Source: Selaginella moellendorffii
Taxonomy: Eukaryota > Plantae > Lycopodiophyta
DNA: 64,000 bases
Assembly (NCBI RefSeq): GCF_000143415.4
Contig: NW_003314288.1
Span: 996,047-1,060,046 of the forward strand
Direction: 5' to 3'
Shown in pieces: positions 1 through 10,727 of this stretch. A program made the position numbers and the translations under genes. Numbering within the stretch: the first letter of the stretch is position 1; each line of letters begins with the position of its first letter. A model generated the notes under the pieces. It was not told where the DNA came from. It saw only the letters and a list, made by a program, of their open reading frames with translations, and made no database searches.

Positions 1-58
1 GAAATAGATTATAAACTACAAGAAATGCAAAGGAAAAAAACATAAGTCACTGGGAGAG

Positions 59-433
59 GTTGGTTCGCGCGAGAACTGACCTCACCCTACCTCTCGAGAA
101 AAAGGAAAAACACAACAAGAATATGGGAGAGGTCGGTTCGCGGAAGAACCGACATCTTCCACCCTCTACTTTTCATATGAAATGCCCCATCAAGTCAATG
201 AAATAAAAAAAAAAACCTTGAAGATGTCGGTTCGCACAAGAATTGACATTTCAATCTCTCTCTGTTTTCTAAAATATAGAAATCTCACCACTAGAAACAT
301 GAAAAAAATCAAGAAAGCTCGCTTCTAGAAAATATGAAGGTGGGGACATCTCTATCCCTCAAGAGAAAACAAAAGTTGAGAAAATAGAATGGAAGAAAGA
401 AAGTGAGAAGACGTTGGTTCACGTGCGAACCGA
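59..433. repeat. Subterminal palindromic repeats of the MULE (consensus GTCGGTTCGC-N2-3-GAACCGAC)
   Basis: Copies at ~59-80, ~131-152, ~225-248 and ~412-433. A fifth copy lies at ~4344-4364, downstream of the transposase. Confidence 0.7.
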
Positions 434-878
434 CCTTCTCAAGGAAGCATACCTTGTTTGAAGAGCGTCTTGAAGCACATTGCTTGATTGAAGCGCCTTT
501 CGCTCGCCCTTCCCTGCTCAAGCGCACCTTTCTCTTGCCCTTTGCTGCTCAAACCCTAGGTGTAAAACCCTAAAAATCAACAGACGCGATCAATAGTCAC
601 GATCAATGGCCATGATTTTCATTCTCTTTGATGGTGATCAATGGACAAAATCTTTCAATGTTTTAGATATTAAGATATGTATTATTCCTCTCACAATCAA
701 TTATACAATTAATATGGGTGGCTCTTTAAGATTCTCATATCTCTCTAGATTCTAAACGGTTGTATATTTTGTTAAAATAATTAACTTGTCCTTTGCAAGG
801 ACATAGCTAATTAATGCTCACAATACAAAAGAATATCTTTGTTCTTTCTTGTCAGTTTCTCCCCAAATTTTTTTCTAA

Positions 879-3800
879 GTGCTCGAGCAAGGAGAAGATA
901 TGAGAGAATTCTATTTGAAATTTGATCAAGAGCTTCCAATTGTTTTCTCTAAGAGTGTTATAGGAGAGAGCTTCCTCTGCAGAAGATTCAAGCTGAAGCC
1001 AGGATCAGTTAGTTTGGAGAATGTATGTTGTGATAAGGGTAATCAGATAGAAAAATCCATTCTTCTTGACAGTGGTGTGGGAGAGAATGGGATTCAATGG
1101 GATCTTGATAGATGTACAGGTCAAGAGATTCTAGTTACAGGATCTCCGAAGCGAGGAGAAGAGAGCGCATCAGTTTCACAGCTAACTCTGCAAGGAGTGA
1201 AGGATGAAGTTGTTATTCTCTCCAGTGATGAAAATGAAGAAGATGAGCTTCCCGACATAGCTTCCTAGACAAGTAGGTGTGTTCCTTCTGGACCAGTTTT
1301 TGAAGTGGTGGATAAGGCATTTTGGCAATCTCGATCATTACGGTTGGAATTGAAGGAGTTCCAGTACATGAGAGGTGAGGAGCTTCCTTCTTCCTATAAT
1401 GGGAATATATTCTTTCCACCAGCAAGTTCGTCAAGTAGGAAAAGGGGTATGGAGACGCGTCTTGATCCACATAATTGGTGTAGAGTAAAGATGACCCACT
1501 TCTCTCATTTCGATGGATCTGTGTCCATAGTCCATTGTGGTGGACAGCTTCAGTGTGTCGCTGAGAAATGCATTTCTGATCATGGCAAGAATATGTGTTT
1601 CTTTGAAGGCTCAGCGATCAATCCCCCTAGGCGTGATGAAGCTGCTACAGGATTTAGATGTCGCAAATGTGGGGCAACACTTGTGTGTCAAGCATGTTGC
1701 GATGCGAAAATGTATTATTTTCTTCCACGGGATGGATGTTTAGGCAGAGCAGCAGTGCATGTTGGATACCATCAACACGCAATCGAGGAAGGAATCTGCC
1801 GTGATTCTTTTCGCAATTTGAAGACTGCTGTTACTACAGAGGCTAGGAAGAAAAGTGCAGCAACTCCAAAGTGTGTTCAACAGTCTATACTAAAGGACTA
1901 TGTGGTGGAAATGTTGCTACAATCTGATAGCAAAAAAGAGTTCATGGAGAATAGCTTGAAGGACCTACTTCGAAATATAGAACCCATGACAAATTTAAAC
2001 AGGTATAAAATTAACACTTAACTCTACTTTATCACTAATAACACTCTTTTTTTTGGTAGAATAAAGAATTGGATGCGAGAAGGGCGAGATGGAAAGCTTC
2101 AATTTGGATTGGATGGGATTTTGGAGTTAAAGAGAAAATGTCCCTATGAGTTTATTCATGGGAACTTATTTGTTGGCTAAGTGACTTCAAACAATCAACG
2201 CCCTTTCATCTTTAAGATGTCTACCCTTGGTTCTGCTTCTGGTATGGACCTTGTACAACGAATGGATATGGATGGAGATGGGGATTTGGCTAATTCCTAG
2301 ATCCATTTTGACCATATGGAACGAGTTTCAGGCTGGTCAACAATGGGAGCTCATATTTATGATCACAAGTAAGTGGCTTTTCATTTTTTAAGGATCCATA
2401 CCGATTTACATTATAACCATTCTTTTTATAGGTTGCAGTGCAATTTGACTATAGCTATAGCCGAATTCAAGGTTCAAGATTTTCAAGCACAAACCGTCTT
2501 TTGGACATGTATGTCCGAGGTTGTTGAACAGTAAACTGGGAAGAAACCCAACTTCCGTGGTTTCATGGCAGATGCAGCTGGTGCTAACTAGTTGGCTGTA
2601 CGACAAGTATTCGGAGGTGATAAAAGTCAGCCATTACAAGGTAGAGAGAAGAGTTGTGAGTTTCATTGGGCAAAGAGCGTCAATGAACATTGCCGATGCA
2701 TCAAGTCTACCTTCCATCACGAGTTCAAGCAGCTTTGTCGGGAATGGATGGATGCACTAACTAAAGAGGAGCATGAGGCAAAGGCAAATGAAATGCGTAT
2801 ATGGTGGCGTGAAGGAGACAAAGTGCCAATTGAAAACCTTCCACAAATGGAATGTTGGCTTGCATGGTGGGAAGTTCGAATGTTTCAATGTGGTCATTAT
2901 ACTCTCCATGTAAGCTTTCTCTCATTTTCTTTCTTGTCACATTCAAATGTTGCATTTTTTGTAGGATCAACCACTTGATGATATTGCACTTACACTAACA
3001 ATTAATCTCTCTGAAAGCAAACATTGGAGTTGGAGAGCTTCTGAAGCAGGGAAAGGAAAAGTGTCCCTCTATGAAGCTACACTCTCCGACCTCACTAGAT
3101 CTCTTGAGCAGTCATCAAAAGCTTTGGCTGCACAAGAAGCAAGGTTTGCTGGTACAGGTCCAAACTTAGACAGGCTTCAAGAGCGGGTTGGTAGAAGGAC
3201 AACACCAGCAACAGGGTCAATGTCTAAGATGGTGGAGGAAGTTGTTGTTGGAACTCCTATGAAATCAAGTTATGAACCACTTGGGGACATGAGAACAGCC
3301 CGTATGAAGCGTCGACAGACATTTGATGGGTCAAACATCACTCCTTCTAGCTCTCATTGTCCAGAGTTTGACTACCATTCTGTTCCACAACACCGGAAAA
3401 GAACTAAGGAACATGGGGTGGAGGAGGTGCCAGTTGTTACACAAGTAAGTCCAGTGCCAGAGGTTGAAAAGGTTATTTCTCGTGAGCCAGTTTCTCGTAT
3501 CAACTGGGAAATTCGAAGAGTCAGTGCCAAGAGCAATGCACTGATTGGGAGTCGAGGTCAGTGTCTCGCTTTTGTGCGCTCAGGTTCAAGTTCTTCAGCA
3601 GTGCCATGTTTCTGGGGCTGTCGAGATCTAGGAGTGAAGGGCCGCTAGTCAAGCTGGATTTACTGTTGTGGGACTGATGTTACTCATACAAGCCGGATCC
3701 ACGGCTCAATTATTTTGAAGCCAGATTCTGTGCCAGAGGAGTGGCCAGTTGAGCGAAGCTGCAATCTTTTGAAAGAAGAGATTGAATATCTGGAGAGAGC

Positions 3801-4245
3801 AGGTTTCAAGCTAAAGACTTCCTCAAATGTTGCTGTTAGTACTGCTATGCCACCAATATCAACACTAGACCGGCATACACGACCAGCTAGGAATGGGAAG
3901 GCTGTACAATATAGGTCTTCCATTTCAAAAGGTGCACAAGAGAAGATCAAGCTGGCAAAAGAGCTAAAGTGCACAATCACAAAGACAAACTACATCAGTG
4001 CTATGGCTAAGGAGTTTATTATTGTGACTGAGTCATCAAAGGGTACGAGCTACACTATTAAAATCTGCGAAAATCCATCATGTACCTGTCCAGATTTTAC
4101 ATAGCGGGAGAACAGGGGAAAGGTATATTTAGCCTGCAAGCACATCTATTACATTTTTATGCAGGAACTAAACCAAGATCCTAAGATTGACCATCACATC
4201 CACCAGGCAAGCCTCACAGTTGCAGAGCTTGAGAAGTGTTTTTAG
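879..4245 (+). pseudogene. Mutator-like (MULE) transposase pseudogene with GCM/WRKY-like Zn finger, DDE core and C-terminal SWIM finger
   Basis: Cys/His-rich ORF 1305-2021 (CGGQLQC...CRKCG...GYHQH). DDE-type pieces: IHFDH (~2301), FMADAAGAN (~2562), SCEFHW (CxxH signature, ~2652), NLSESKH (~3004). SWIM motif CTCPDF..ACKHIYYIF at 4081-4158. Short GT-AG introns at ~2003-2059, ~2369-2431, ~2910-2965. Several in-frame stops (2178, 2298, 2590, 3646, 4102). Confidence 0.75.
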
Positions 4246-4389
4246 ATTGCTTTTAGTGTTCGGATCTATATTTATATTTGTATTTTATTGGTCGAATTTA
4301 CTTGGAAATATAGATTAAATAAAAATTTGAAAAAAGAAAAAGATGTTGGTTCGGGACGAACCAATGTTTTTCTTGTGTTTGAGAAGCCG

Positions 4390-5470
4390 TGAGCTCAACT
4401 CATGAGCTCAAAACCTACCCAGGCTCGGATCCCTGTTGGTGATTGGCTCACAGTTCACAAAACTCTGTATATTCTATCCAATGAAAACCCCATGGAGATG
4501 CTTGAACACCTCTTCACATGCAAATTTGCAGTTGGTATTTGGCTCTTCAATCAGAGACCTAGGTCCAGAATCAGCTGGTTCATCACAAAATACGGTGACA
4601 TTTTTCCCTCTGCTGCAACTATGATGAACAGTATGTGAGGAGAGAGAAGCTAGCAAAGTCTCCCACTAACAAAACTGCTAACTGTGTCACGTGACACAAC
4701 ACCTCCAACCATCAATGGGGTCAGAAAAGAAAGAAAGGATAGGATCAAGTGACTACTTCTCCTCTTCCTCTGGAATGTCATCCAAGTCATACTCAAAATT
4801 AGGAAACAACTTCCTCACATCATCCTCAGCTTCCCATGTAGCATCATATGGAGAATAACCATTCTACTGAACAAGTAACTCTCTCCAAGTCTTATGATGT
4901 GTGCATGCTAGCCATTGCTATAACACACAAGTAGGGCCAACCTTCAAACATCTATCTCTGGAATCTTGATTGCAGACTGGTCCAAGATATTACCAGAATG
5001 CAAACACGCCTTCAACTTCCTTACATAGAAGACGGGATGAATCTTCACACCACTAGGCAAGTCTAGTTGATAGGCAAGGTCTCCAACTTGTTTGAGAATA
5101 ATCCAAGGCCCATAGTACTATGGCGACAACTTAGAACTACCTCCACCTTGAAGAGCTCACTGAGCTTCAGACAACCGAAGGAAAACCTTGTCTCCAACCT
5201 GAAACTGCTTGTGCTGACAATGCTCATCAGCCAACTCCTTTGCCTGGTGCACCTTAAGAGAAGCCAAGTTCATACCAACAGGGGACCAAGGTTGAAAGCC
5301 ATACATTGCCATAAACAGAGCCATCTCAATAGCCAAATGGAAGGCATAGTTATGGGCAAACTCTAACAAAGGCTGGTACTTCTCCCAAATACCTTGCCTC
5401 TTCAGATGACCAACAAATGATCTCAGCATGTCTTCCAGCACCTAATTAACTCATTTTGTTTGTCCATCTG
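4390..5470 (-). mobile_element. 3' part of an old, decayed Ty3/Gypsy chromovirus (integrase C-terminus, chromodomain, probable 3' LTR)
   Basis: Minus-strand translation gives integrase MLEDMLRSFV..LLEFAHN, IHPVFYV and a chromodomain remnant (LLVQ*NGYSPYDATWE). The left boundary is approximate. Confidence 0.75.
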
Positions 5471-5862
5471 TGTTAGGCACCAGGTCAGGATAATAGGATA
5501 AGGAAAGGGCCCTGCAATCAAGTGATCACCCCTTTAGCCAGTTGGCTTAGGGTGTAAGGGATAGGATCCTAACATTGGTATCAGAGCCCAGTTCGATTCT
5601 CATGGCTGACGAGTGGGGCAGGAATATTCTGAAGGAATATTCAACATGGTGGATCTAGAGGGAGAACCAAGGTTTGGTAGACCCTAAGAGAAGGACCATG
5701 GTGACCGGAGGATGGCCTAAGTATGATCGCAGACGATCATTCCCTGACGAGGGGGAGGATTGTTAGGCACCAGATCAGGATAATAGGATAAGGAAAGGGC
5801 CCTGCAATCAAGTGATCACCCCTTTAGCCAGTTGGCTTAGGGTGTAAGGGATAGGATCCTAA
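5471..5862 (+). mobile_element. TRIM (terminal-repeat retrotransposon in miniature)
   Basis: LTR1 5471-5574 (TGTTAGGCAC...CCTAACA), PBS TGGTATCAGAGC (tRNA-iMet) at 5576-5587, ~170-bp non-coding core, PPT GAGGGGGAGGAT ending 5760, LTR2 5761-5862 almost identical but lacking the terminal CA. Confidence 0.92.
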
Positions 5863-6155
5863 TACCAATGTTTACTATGATACCAATGTTTACTATGCTA
5901 CGCCACCTCTTGAGGTTCCTCACCACCCAACCACCCTCGAGCTACCTCAAAAGCTCCACTGCGCCGCCGCTCCACTGTGAGCCCTAGGGTAGGTTAAGTC
6001 CCTTACCCTAATATGCCTTAATATACCCTTGAGCCTCCCTTTGACCAACGTTGACCACGTAGTCAAAGCTGGCGCCTAACAATTCTTCCCCCCCAACAAA
6101 GTCCTTGTCCCAAGGACAAGTTGCACCGGTGATCACCCTTTCTGGGGAATCCTGC

Positions 6156-9100
6156 TCAAGCTCCTGGTCCATCTTCCACAGCCGTATACATCAAGGAGGC
6201 ATTGGGCCCGTCACTCCGAGATAGTACACCTTTCAACTGGCTGACATAAAATACCGGATGAATTTTCACCCCAACTGGCAGCCGCACTCGATAAGCCGCT
6301 TTACCAATGCGCTCCAGCACTTCATATGGACCAGCATATCGATGGGAAAGTTTATCACTCTTCCCTGTCCGTAAAGGCACCAAGGTGTTCCGCCGCTCAC
6401 TTGACGGAAAGATCACTCGCACAAAGACGAGATCATCCAGCTTATATTCCCGGAATTNNNNNNNNNNNNNNNNNNNNNNNNNNNNNNNNNNNNNNNNNNN
6501 NNNNNNNNNNNNNNNNNNNNNNNNNNNNNNNNNNNNNNNNNNNNNNNNNNNNNNNNNNNNNNNNNNNNNNNNNNNNNNNNNNNNNNNNNNNNNCAAATGC
6601 AATCCCAACTCCACCGCTGTTCGAGGATGCCTTCCAAACATGGCAAAGTAAGGACTTAGCTTGGTTCCACTGTGTTGGCTATTGTTGTAAGCAAATTGCA
6701 CCAACAGAAGATATAAATCCCACTGTCCTTGCCTTTGACCAATGCTACAACGTAGCATATCCTCCACCACCTGATTCACACGCTCAGTTTGCCCATCCGT
6801 CTGAGGATGATCTCCACTCGAGAGTTTCAAAGTCACTTGCATAGCCTTTGCAAAGCTTTTCCAAAATCCACTAGTGAACTTTGAATCTCGATCACTAATG
6901 ATGTCCTCCGGCAAACCAAAATCAGGAAAAACCTTCTCCAAGTAAACCGCAGCCAAGTCTGAGGCAGTGACAGTCTTCCGAAGAGCCAACAACCGCACAT
7001 ACTTCGTCAACCGATCCACTAGGACCCATACTTGCTCCTTTTGCCTCTGTGTTCGTGGCAAACAAGTGATGAAGTCCATAGAGATACTACACCAACGGCT
7101 CTGAGGAATAGGTAAAGGTTGCAAAAGTCCCCCCGGCTTCTCCCGTGGCACCTTAACCCGCTGACAAAGCTCACATGATTTACAATACTTGAGGATATCA
7201 GCCTTCATATTCCTCCAATAAAAGTTGCGCTTAATCAACTCATACATCTTCTTCCCCCCAAAATGACCGGCCTCTGGACGATCATGATAGTGGAATAAAA
7301 CTTGAGTAATTAACGCATCCACCCGTGGCAAATAGACACGGCCATTGTAGTAGAGAATCCCATCCACCAATGAGAAAGGAGCTTCCATCTGGTCTCGCAA
7401 AGAGGCCACCTCAGCATCCTGAGCCTGAGCATGCTCAACCAACTGCCCAAACTCGCTGACCACCTTACTCAAATGATGACAAAATCGTGTTCGTAACGTC
7501 GTCACATGACGAACACGAGATAAAGCATCCGCCACCACATTTGATTTTCCCGGACGATGCTCAATAGGAAACTCCCCAAACTCCATGAGTTTGACCATCC
7601 AACGAGCTTGCCTAGTGTTCAACTCCTTCTGTGTGAAAAGATACACAAGTGGTTTGTGATCTGTCAACACCACGAACACTGCACCATAAAGATAGTGCCG
7701 CCACGTCCGCAAAGCATGAACAATAGAGAGTAACTCTTGTTCATATGTGGAATAGCGTTGCTCCGCGGAATTCAAAGTTTGGCTCTCATATGCAATAGGC
7801 TGTCCCTCTTGCATGAGAACTCCTCCCAGTGCATAACCACTCGCATCGCATGTCACCTCGTAAGGTTTCGATGGATCAGCAATGCGAAGCACTGGAGCCT
7901 CGATCAACAATCGTTTCAGCGCCACAAAACTCTCCTCTTGTGGCGTCTTCCACTCGAATGGCACATTCTTGCGTAACAACCGCGTCAACGGAATAGCCAC
8001 CTCTGCAAACTTATGCTGGAAACGTCGGTAGTAACTAGCCATACCAAGAAAACTGCGCAACTCGGCCACTGTAGTCGGTGTAGGCCAGTTTTCCACCACA
8101 ACCACCTTCCTTGGATCCGTCTTGACACCCTTAGATGTCACAATATGGCCTAGATATTCCACCTCCGACTTTGCAAATTCACATTTGCTCTTCTTCGCAT
8201 AAAGTTTGCTGTCTCGAAGTAACGAAAGAACCTTGCGCAAATGCACCCTATGCTCCTCCATATTCTTGCTAAAAACAAGAATATCATCCAAGAAAATCTC
8301 CACAAACTCATGAAGATAACGCCCAAATACCTCCGTCATCAACCGAGTAAATGTGGCCGGTGCATTCGTCAAACCAAACGGCATAACGGTAAACTCAAAA
8401 TGTCCAAAGCTTGTGTTGAATGCCGTCTTGGAGATAGATGCATCATCCATTGCAATCTGATGATATCCACTCCTCAGATCAATCTTGGTAAACACTCGTG
8501 CTTCACCAAGCTTGTCTAGGATATCATCCACACGCGGCATCGGCATCTTGTCCTTAACTGTCTTCTTGTTTAAAGCACGGTAGTCAATACACATCCGCAT
8601 TGAACCGTCCTTCTTCTTCACAAGCAAGACCGGAGCACCAAACGGAGACTTACTTGGCTGAATAAATCCAAACTCAAGTAACTCCTTGACTTGTCGTTGA
8701 ACTTCTTGCTCCTCCGCATAACTTAACCGAAATGGACGCCGGTAAATTGGCTGCGTCCCCAGCTCCAATGTAATCCCATGCTCCACACCTCGTAATGGAG
8801 GCAATCCATGAGGAAGTTCAGATGGAAAAACATCAGAAAACTCATCAAGTACATCCCGTACTGCTGCTTCTCCCCCACACGTGCCTTGGTCCCCCAAGTC
8901 ACGAACAAACAGCAAGTAACTTGAAAGTGCTTTTCCATTACGACAAGCCCGCTTCAAAGATGTAGCAGAGAGCATAACAACTGGTGGTTGAACGCCCTCA
9001 CCAAACCACACATCTTTAATGCCACCATACTCCAGCGAGATACGCTTAATGCTCCACTTTATCTCTGGATCCACCTTCACCAACCATGGCATCCCAAGAA

Positions 9101-9623
9101 TGAAATCCACACGATGGATATCCGCGAGATAAAAAGTCTCCACAAGTGTGGTTTTGCCAACCAACACTTCCAGCCCCTCGACACAAGCATCAAAATGCTG
9201 AGTAGAGGTAGCTGCACCTTCCACTGTGTATGGAAGAACTCCACGTGTGTTCAGGCGATGCTCCGCAACAAACTTTGCCGAAACAAAGTTGTCATCGCTC
9301 CCACTATCCAGTAAAATCCGCACTGGATCGCCACGGAACACGCCCTCCAGTATTAAAGCTGATTCACGCATATCCTCGAGCTCCATCTTGTTCCACACAC
9401 AGTTGAGTTGACGAGCAACGATCGAAAGTCTCTTCCTCTGACCGGAATGGTCGTTTTCGTCATCCTCACGCTGTAAAGCTTGCAACTTTTTAGTATCTGA
9501 CTTACCATGAAAAGATGATTGGCCATTCTTTTTGTCCTGCTGCTTGTTCTTCAACTGCGGACATTCAGCCTTGTAGTGTCCAAGTTCGCCGCAATGATGA
9601 CAACCTTGTCTATAATTCTTCAC
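6156..9623 (-). CDS. pol: Zn-knuckle plus Pol (protease, RT, RNase H, integrase), no chromodomain
   Basis: CHHCGELGHYKAEC knuckle, LLDSGS protease, FLDDIL RT, TCDASG RNase H, HHCC plus SMDF...SDRD...HPQTDGQTE integrase, GPY motif. Contains an N gap at 6458-6593. Confidence 0.95.
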   Translation of the reverse strand: MKNYRQGCHHCGELGHYKAECPQLKNKQQDKKNGQSSFHGKSDTKKLQALQREDDENDHSGQRKRLSIVARQLNCVWNKMELEDMRESALILEGVFRGDPVRILLDSGSDDNFVSAKFVAEHRLNTRGVLPYTVEGAATSTQHFDACVEGLEVLVGKTTLVETFYLADIHRVDFILGMPWLVKVDPEIKWSIKRISLEYGGIKDVWFGEGVQPPVVMLSATSLKRACRNGKALSSYLLFVRDLGDQGTCGGEAAVRDVLDEFSDVFPSELPHGLPPLRGVEHGITLELGTQPIYRRPFRLSYAEEQEVQRQVKELLEFGFIQPSKSPFGAPVLLVKKKDGSMRMCIDYRALNKKTVKDKMPMPRVDDILDKLGEARVFTKIDLRSGYHQIAMDDASISKTAFNTSFGHFEFTVMPFGLTNAPATFTRLMTEVFGRYLHEFVEIFLDDILVFSKNMEEHRVHLRKVLSLLRDSKLYAKKSKCEFAKSEVEYLGHIVTSKGVKTDPRKVVVVENWPTPTTVAELRSFLGMASYYRRFQHKFAEVAIPLTRLLRKNVPFEWKTPQEESFVALKRLLIEAPVLRIADPSKPYEVTCDASGYALGGVLMQEGQPIAYESQTLNSAEQRYSTYEQELLSIVHALRTWRHYLYGAVFVVLTDHKPLVYLFTQKELNTRQARWMVKLMEFGEFPIEHRPGKSNVVADALSRVRHVTTLRTRFCHHLSKVVSEFGQLVEHAQAQDAEVASLRDQMEAPFSLVDGILYYNGRVYLPRVDALITQVLFHYHDRPEAGHFGGKKMYELIKRNFYWRNMKADILKYCKSCELCQRVKVPREKPGGLLQPLPIPQSRWCSISMDFITCLPRTQRQKEQVWVLVDRLTKYVRLLALRKTVTASDLAAVYLEKVFPDFGLPEDIISDRDSKFTSGFWKSFAKAMQVTLKLSSGDHPQTDGQTERVNQVVEDMLRCSIGQRQGQWDLYLLLVQFAYNNSQHSGTKLSPYFAMFGRHPRTAVELGLHLXXXXXXXXXXXXXXXXXXXXXXXXXXXXXXXXXXXXXXXXXXXXXXFREYKLDDLVFVRVIFPSSERRNTLVPLRTGKSDKLSHRYAGPYEVLERIGKAAYRVRLPVGVKIHPVFYVSQLKGVLSRSDGPNASLMYTAVEDGPGA

Positions 9624-9632
9624 AAAGAACTT

Positions 9633-10373
9633 CTACTTCTTGGACCCTTTTGCATCTGAAGTAGTCACCACTGACTTCAACTTGTGATGCTTGTTCCCAT
9701 CCTTGTGTCCACGGCGATCATCACGACGATTCTCGACAGAAGGACTCCGCGAATGCTTGCGAGACTTGTGCTTGTCATTGTCAAGTCGACGAGCCGCATC
9801 AAAGAGCTCCTCCAAACTCTTTGTAGGCTGAGAATGACGCAAGTGTTGCCGCATACTCTCACTATGTAGGCCATCAATGAAGTAGGACTTGTTCTGATCT
9901 GGATCCTTCATTGGAACACGACTAATCAAACGAGTAAGCTTCTCAATATAATCCCCGAGCGTCATTTTCCCTTGCTGGAAATGGCAAAGTTCTATACGAG
10001 CATTCTCCACGTCGTAATGAGGGGCAAAACGTAAACGGAAAGCAGCCTTAAACTCATCCATGGTAGACACTGGTGGTTTCTTATCCGCAACACGGGACTC
10101 CTCAAGCCAATTCCACCATCGAAGACCCGCATCACGCAAAACCATCGGAATATCCACTAAAGCCTCTGCATCTGGAGTTCCTCTAGCAGCCAAAAACTTC
10201 TTCACATTGGCTAGCCAAGCAAGACACTCGTCCACACCACCATCACCGGAAAAAGTTGGAATCTTGAGTCGATCTACCAAAGAAGGCTTACTTAGAGCGC
10301 TACCCCGTCCAGCCTCGAGTGCCTCAACACGCCCACGCATGGTATCCATCATGCCATGCATCTCGTCTTGCAT
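9633..10373 (-). CDS. gag: Retrotransposon Gag (capsid)
   Basis: KIPTFSG..., LRDAGLRWW, EFKAAFRLRF, FQQGKMTLGDYIEK, YFIDGL motifs. Ends at a TAG that is in frame with the downstream ORF. Confidence 0.9.
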   Translation of the reverse strand: MQDEMHGMMDTMRGRVEALEAGRGSALSKPSLVDRLKIPTFSGDGGVDECLAWLANVKKFLAARGTPDAEALVDIPMVLRDAGLRWWNWLEESRVADKKPPVSTMDEFKAAFRLRFAPHYDVENARIELCHFQQGKMTLGDYIEKLTRLISRVPMKDPDQNKSYFIDGLHSESMRQHLRHSQPTKSLEELFDAARRLDNDKHKSRKHSRSPSVENRRDDRRGHKDGNKHHKLKSVVTTSDAKGSKK

Positions 10374-10727
10374 CTATTGCTGATTTTTATTAAGGGCTCG
10401 CAGCTCATGAACCACATCTTGAATGGTCCAAATCTCTGCAGCTTCGTCGGCACCATCATCGGCACCACCGTCGGCACCACCATCGATGATAGGATTCCAG
10501 CGTTCAGCTTGGTCGGCCATCGCAACCTCTCTCTGATACCAATGTTTACTATGCTACGCCACCTCTTGAGGTTCCTCACCACCCAAGCTACCTCAAAAGC
10601 TCCACTGCGCCGCCGCTCCACTGTGAGCCCTAGGGTAGGTTAAGTCCCTTACCCTAACATGCCTTAATATACCCTTGAGCCTCCCTTTGACCGACGTTGA
10701 CCACGTAGTCAAAGCTGGCGCCTAACA

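Larger units (their letters stand above)
5887..10727 (-). mobile_element. Full-length young Ty3/Gypsy LTR retrotransposon
   Basis: 5' LTR 10543-10727 and 3' LTR 5887-6081 differ by one ~10-bp indel and about 2 substitutions. PBS TGGTATCAGAG at 10531-10541. PPT at 6082-6095. gag-pol lies between. Confidence 0.95.

Noticed and set aside
5471-5862. TRIM as a Cassandra element
   Set aside because: No recognisable 5S rRNA segment in the 104-bp LTRs.
6458-6593. N runs here and at 15733-15832
   Set aside because: Assembly gaps, not features; contiguity across the 100-N gap is not guaranteed.
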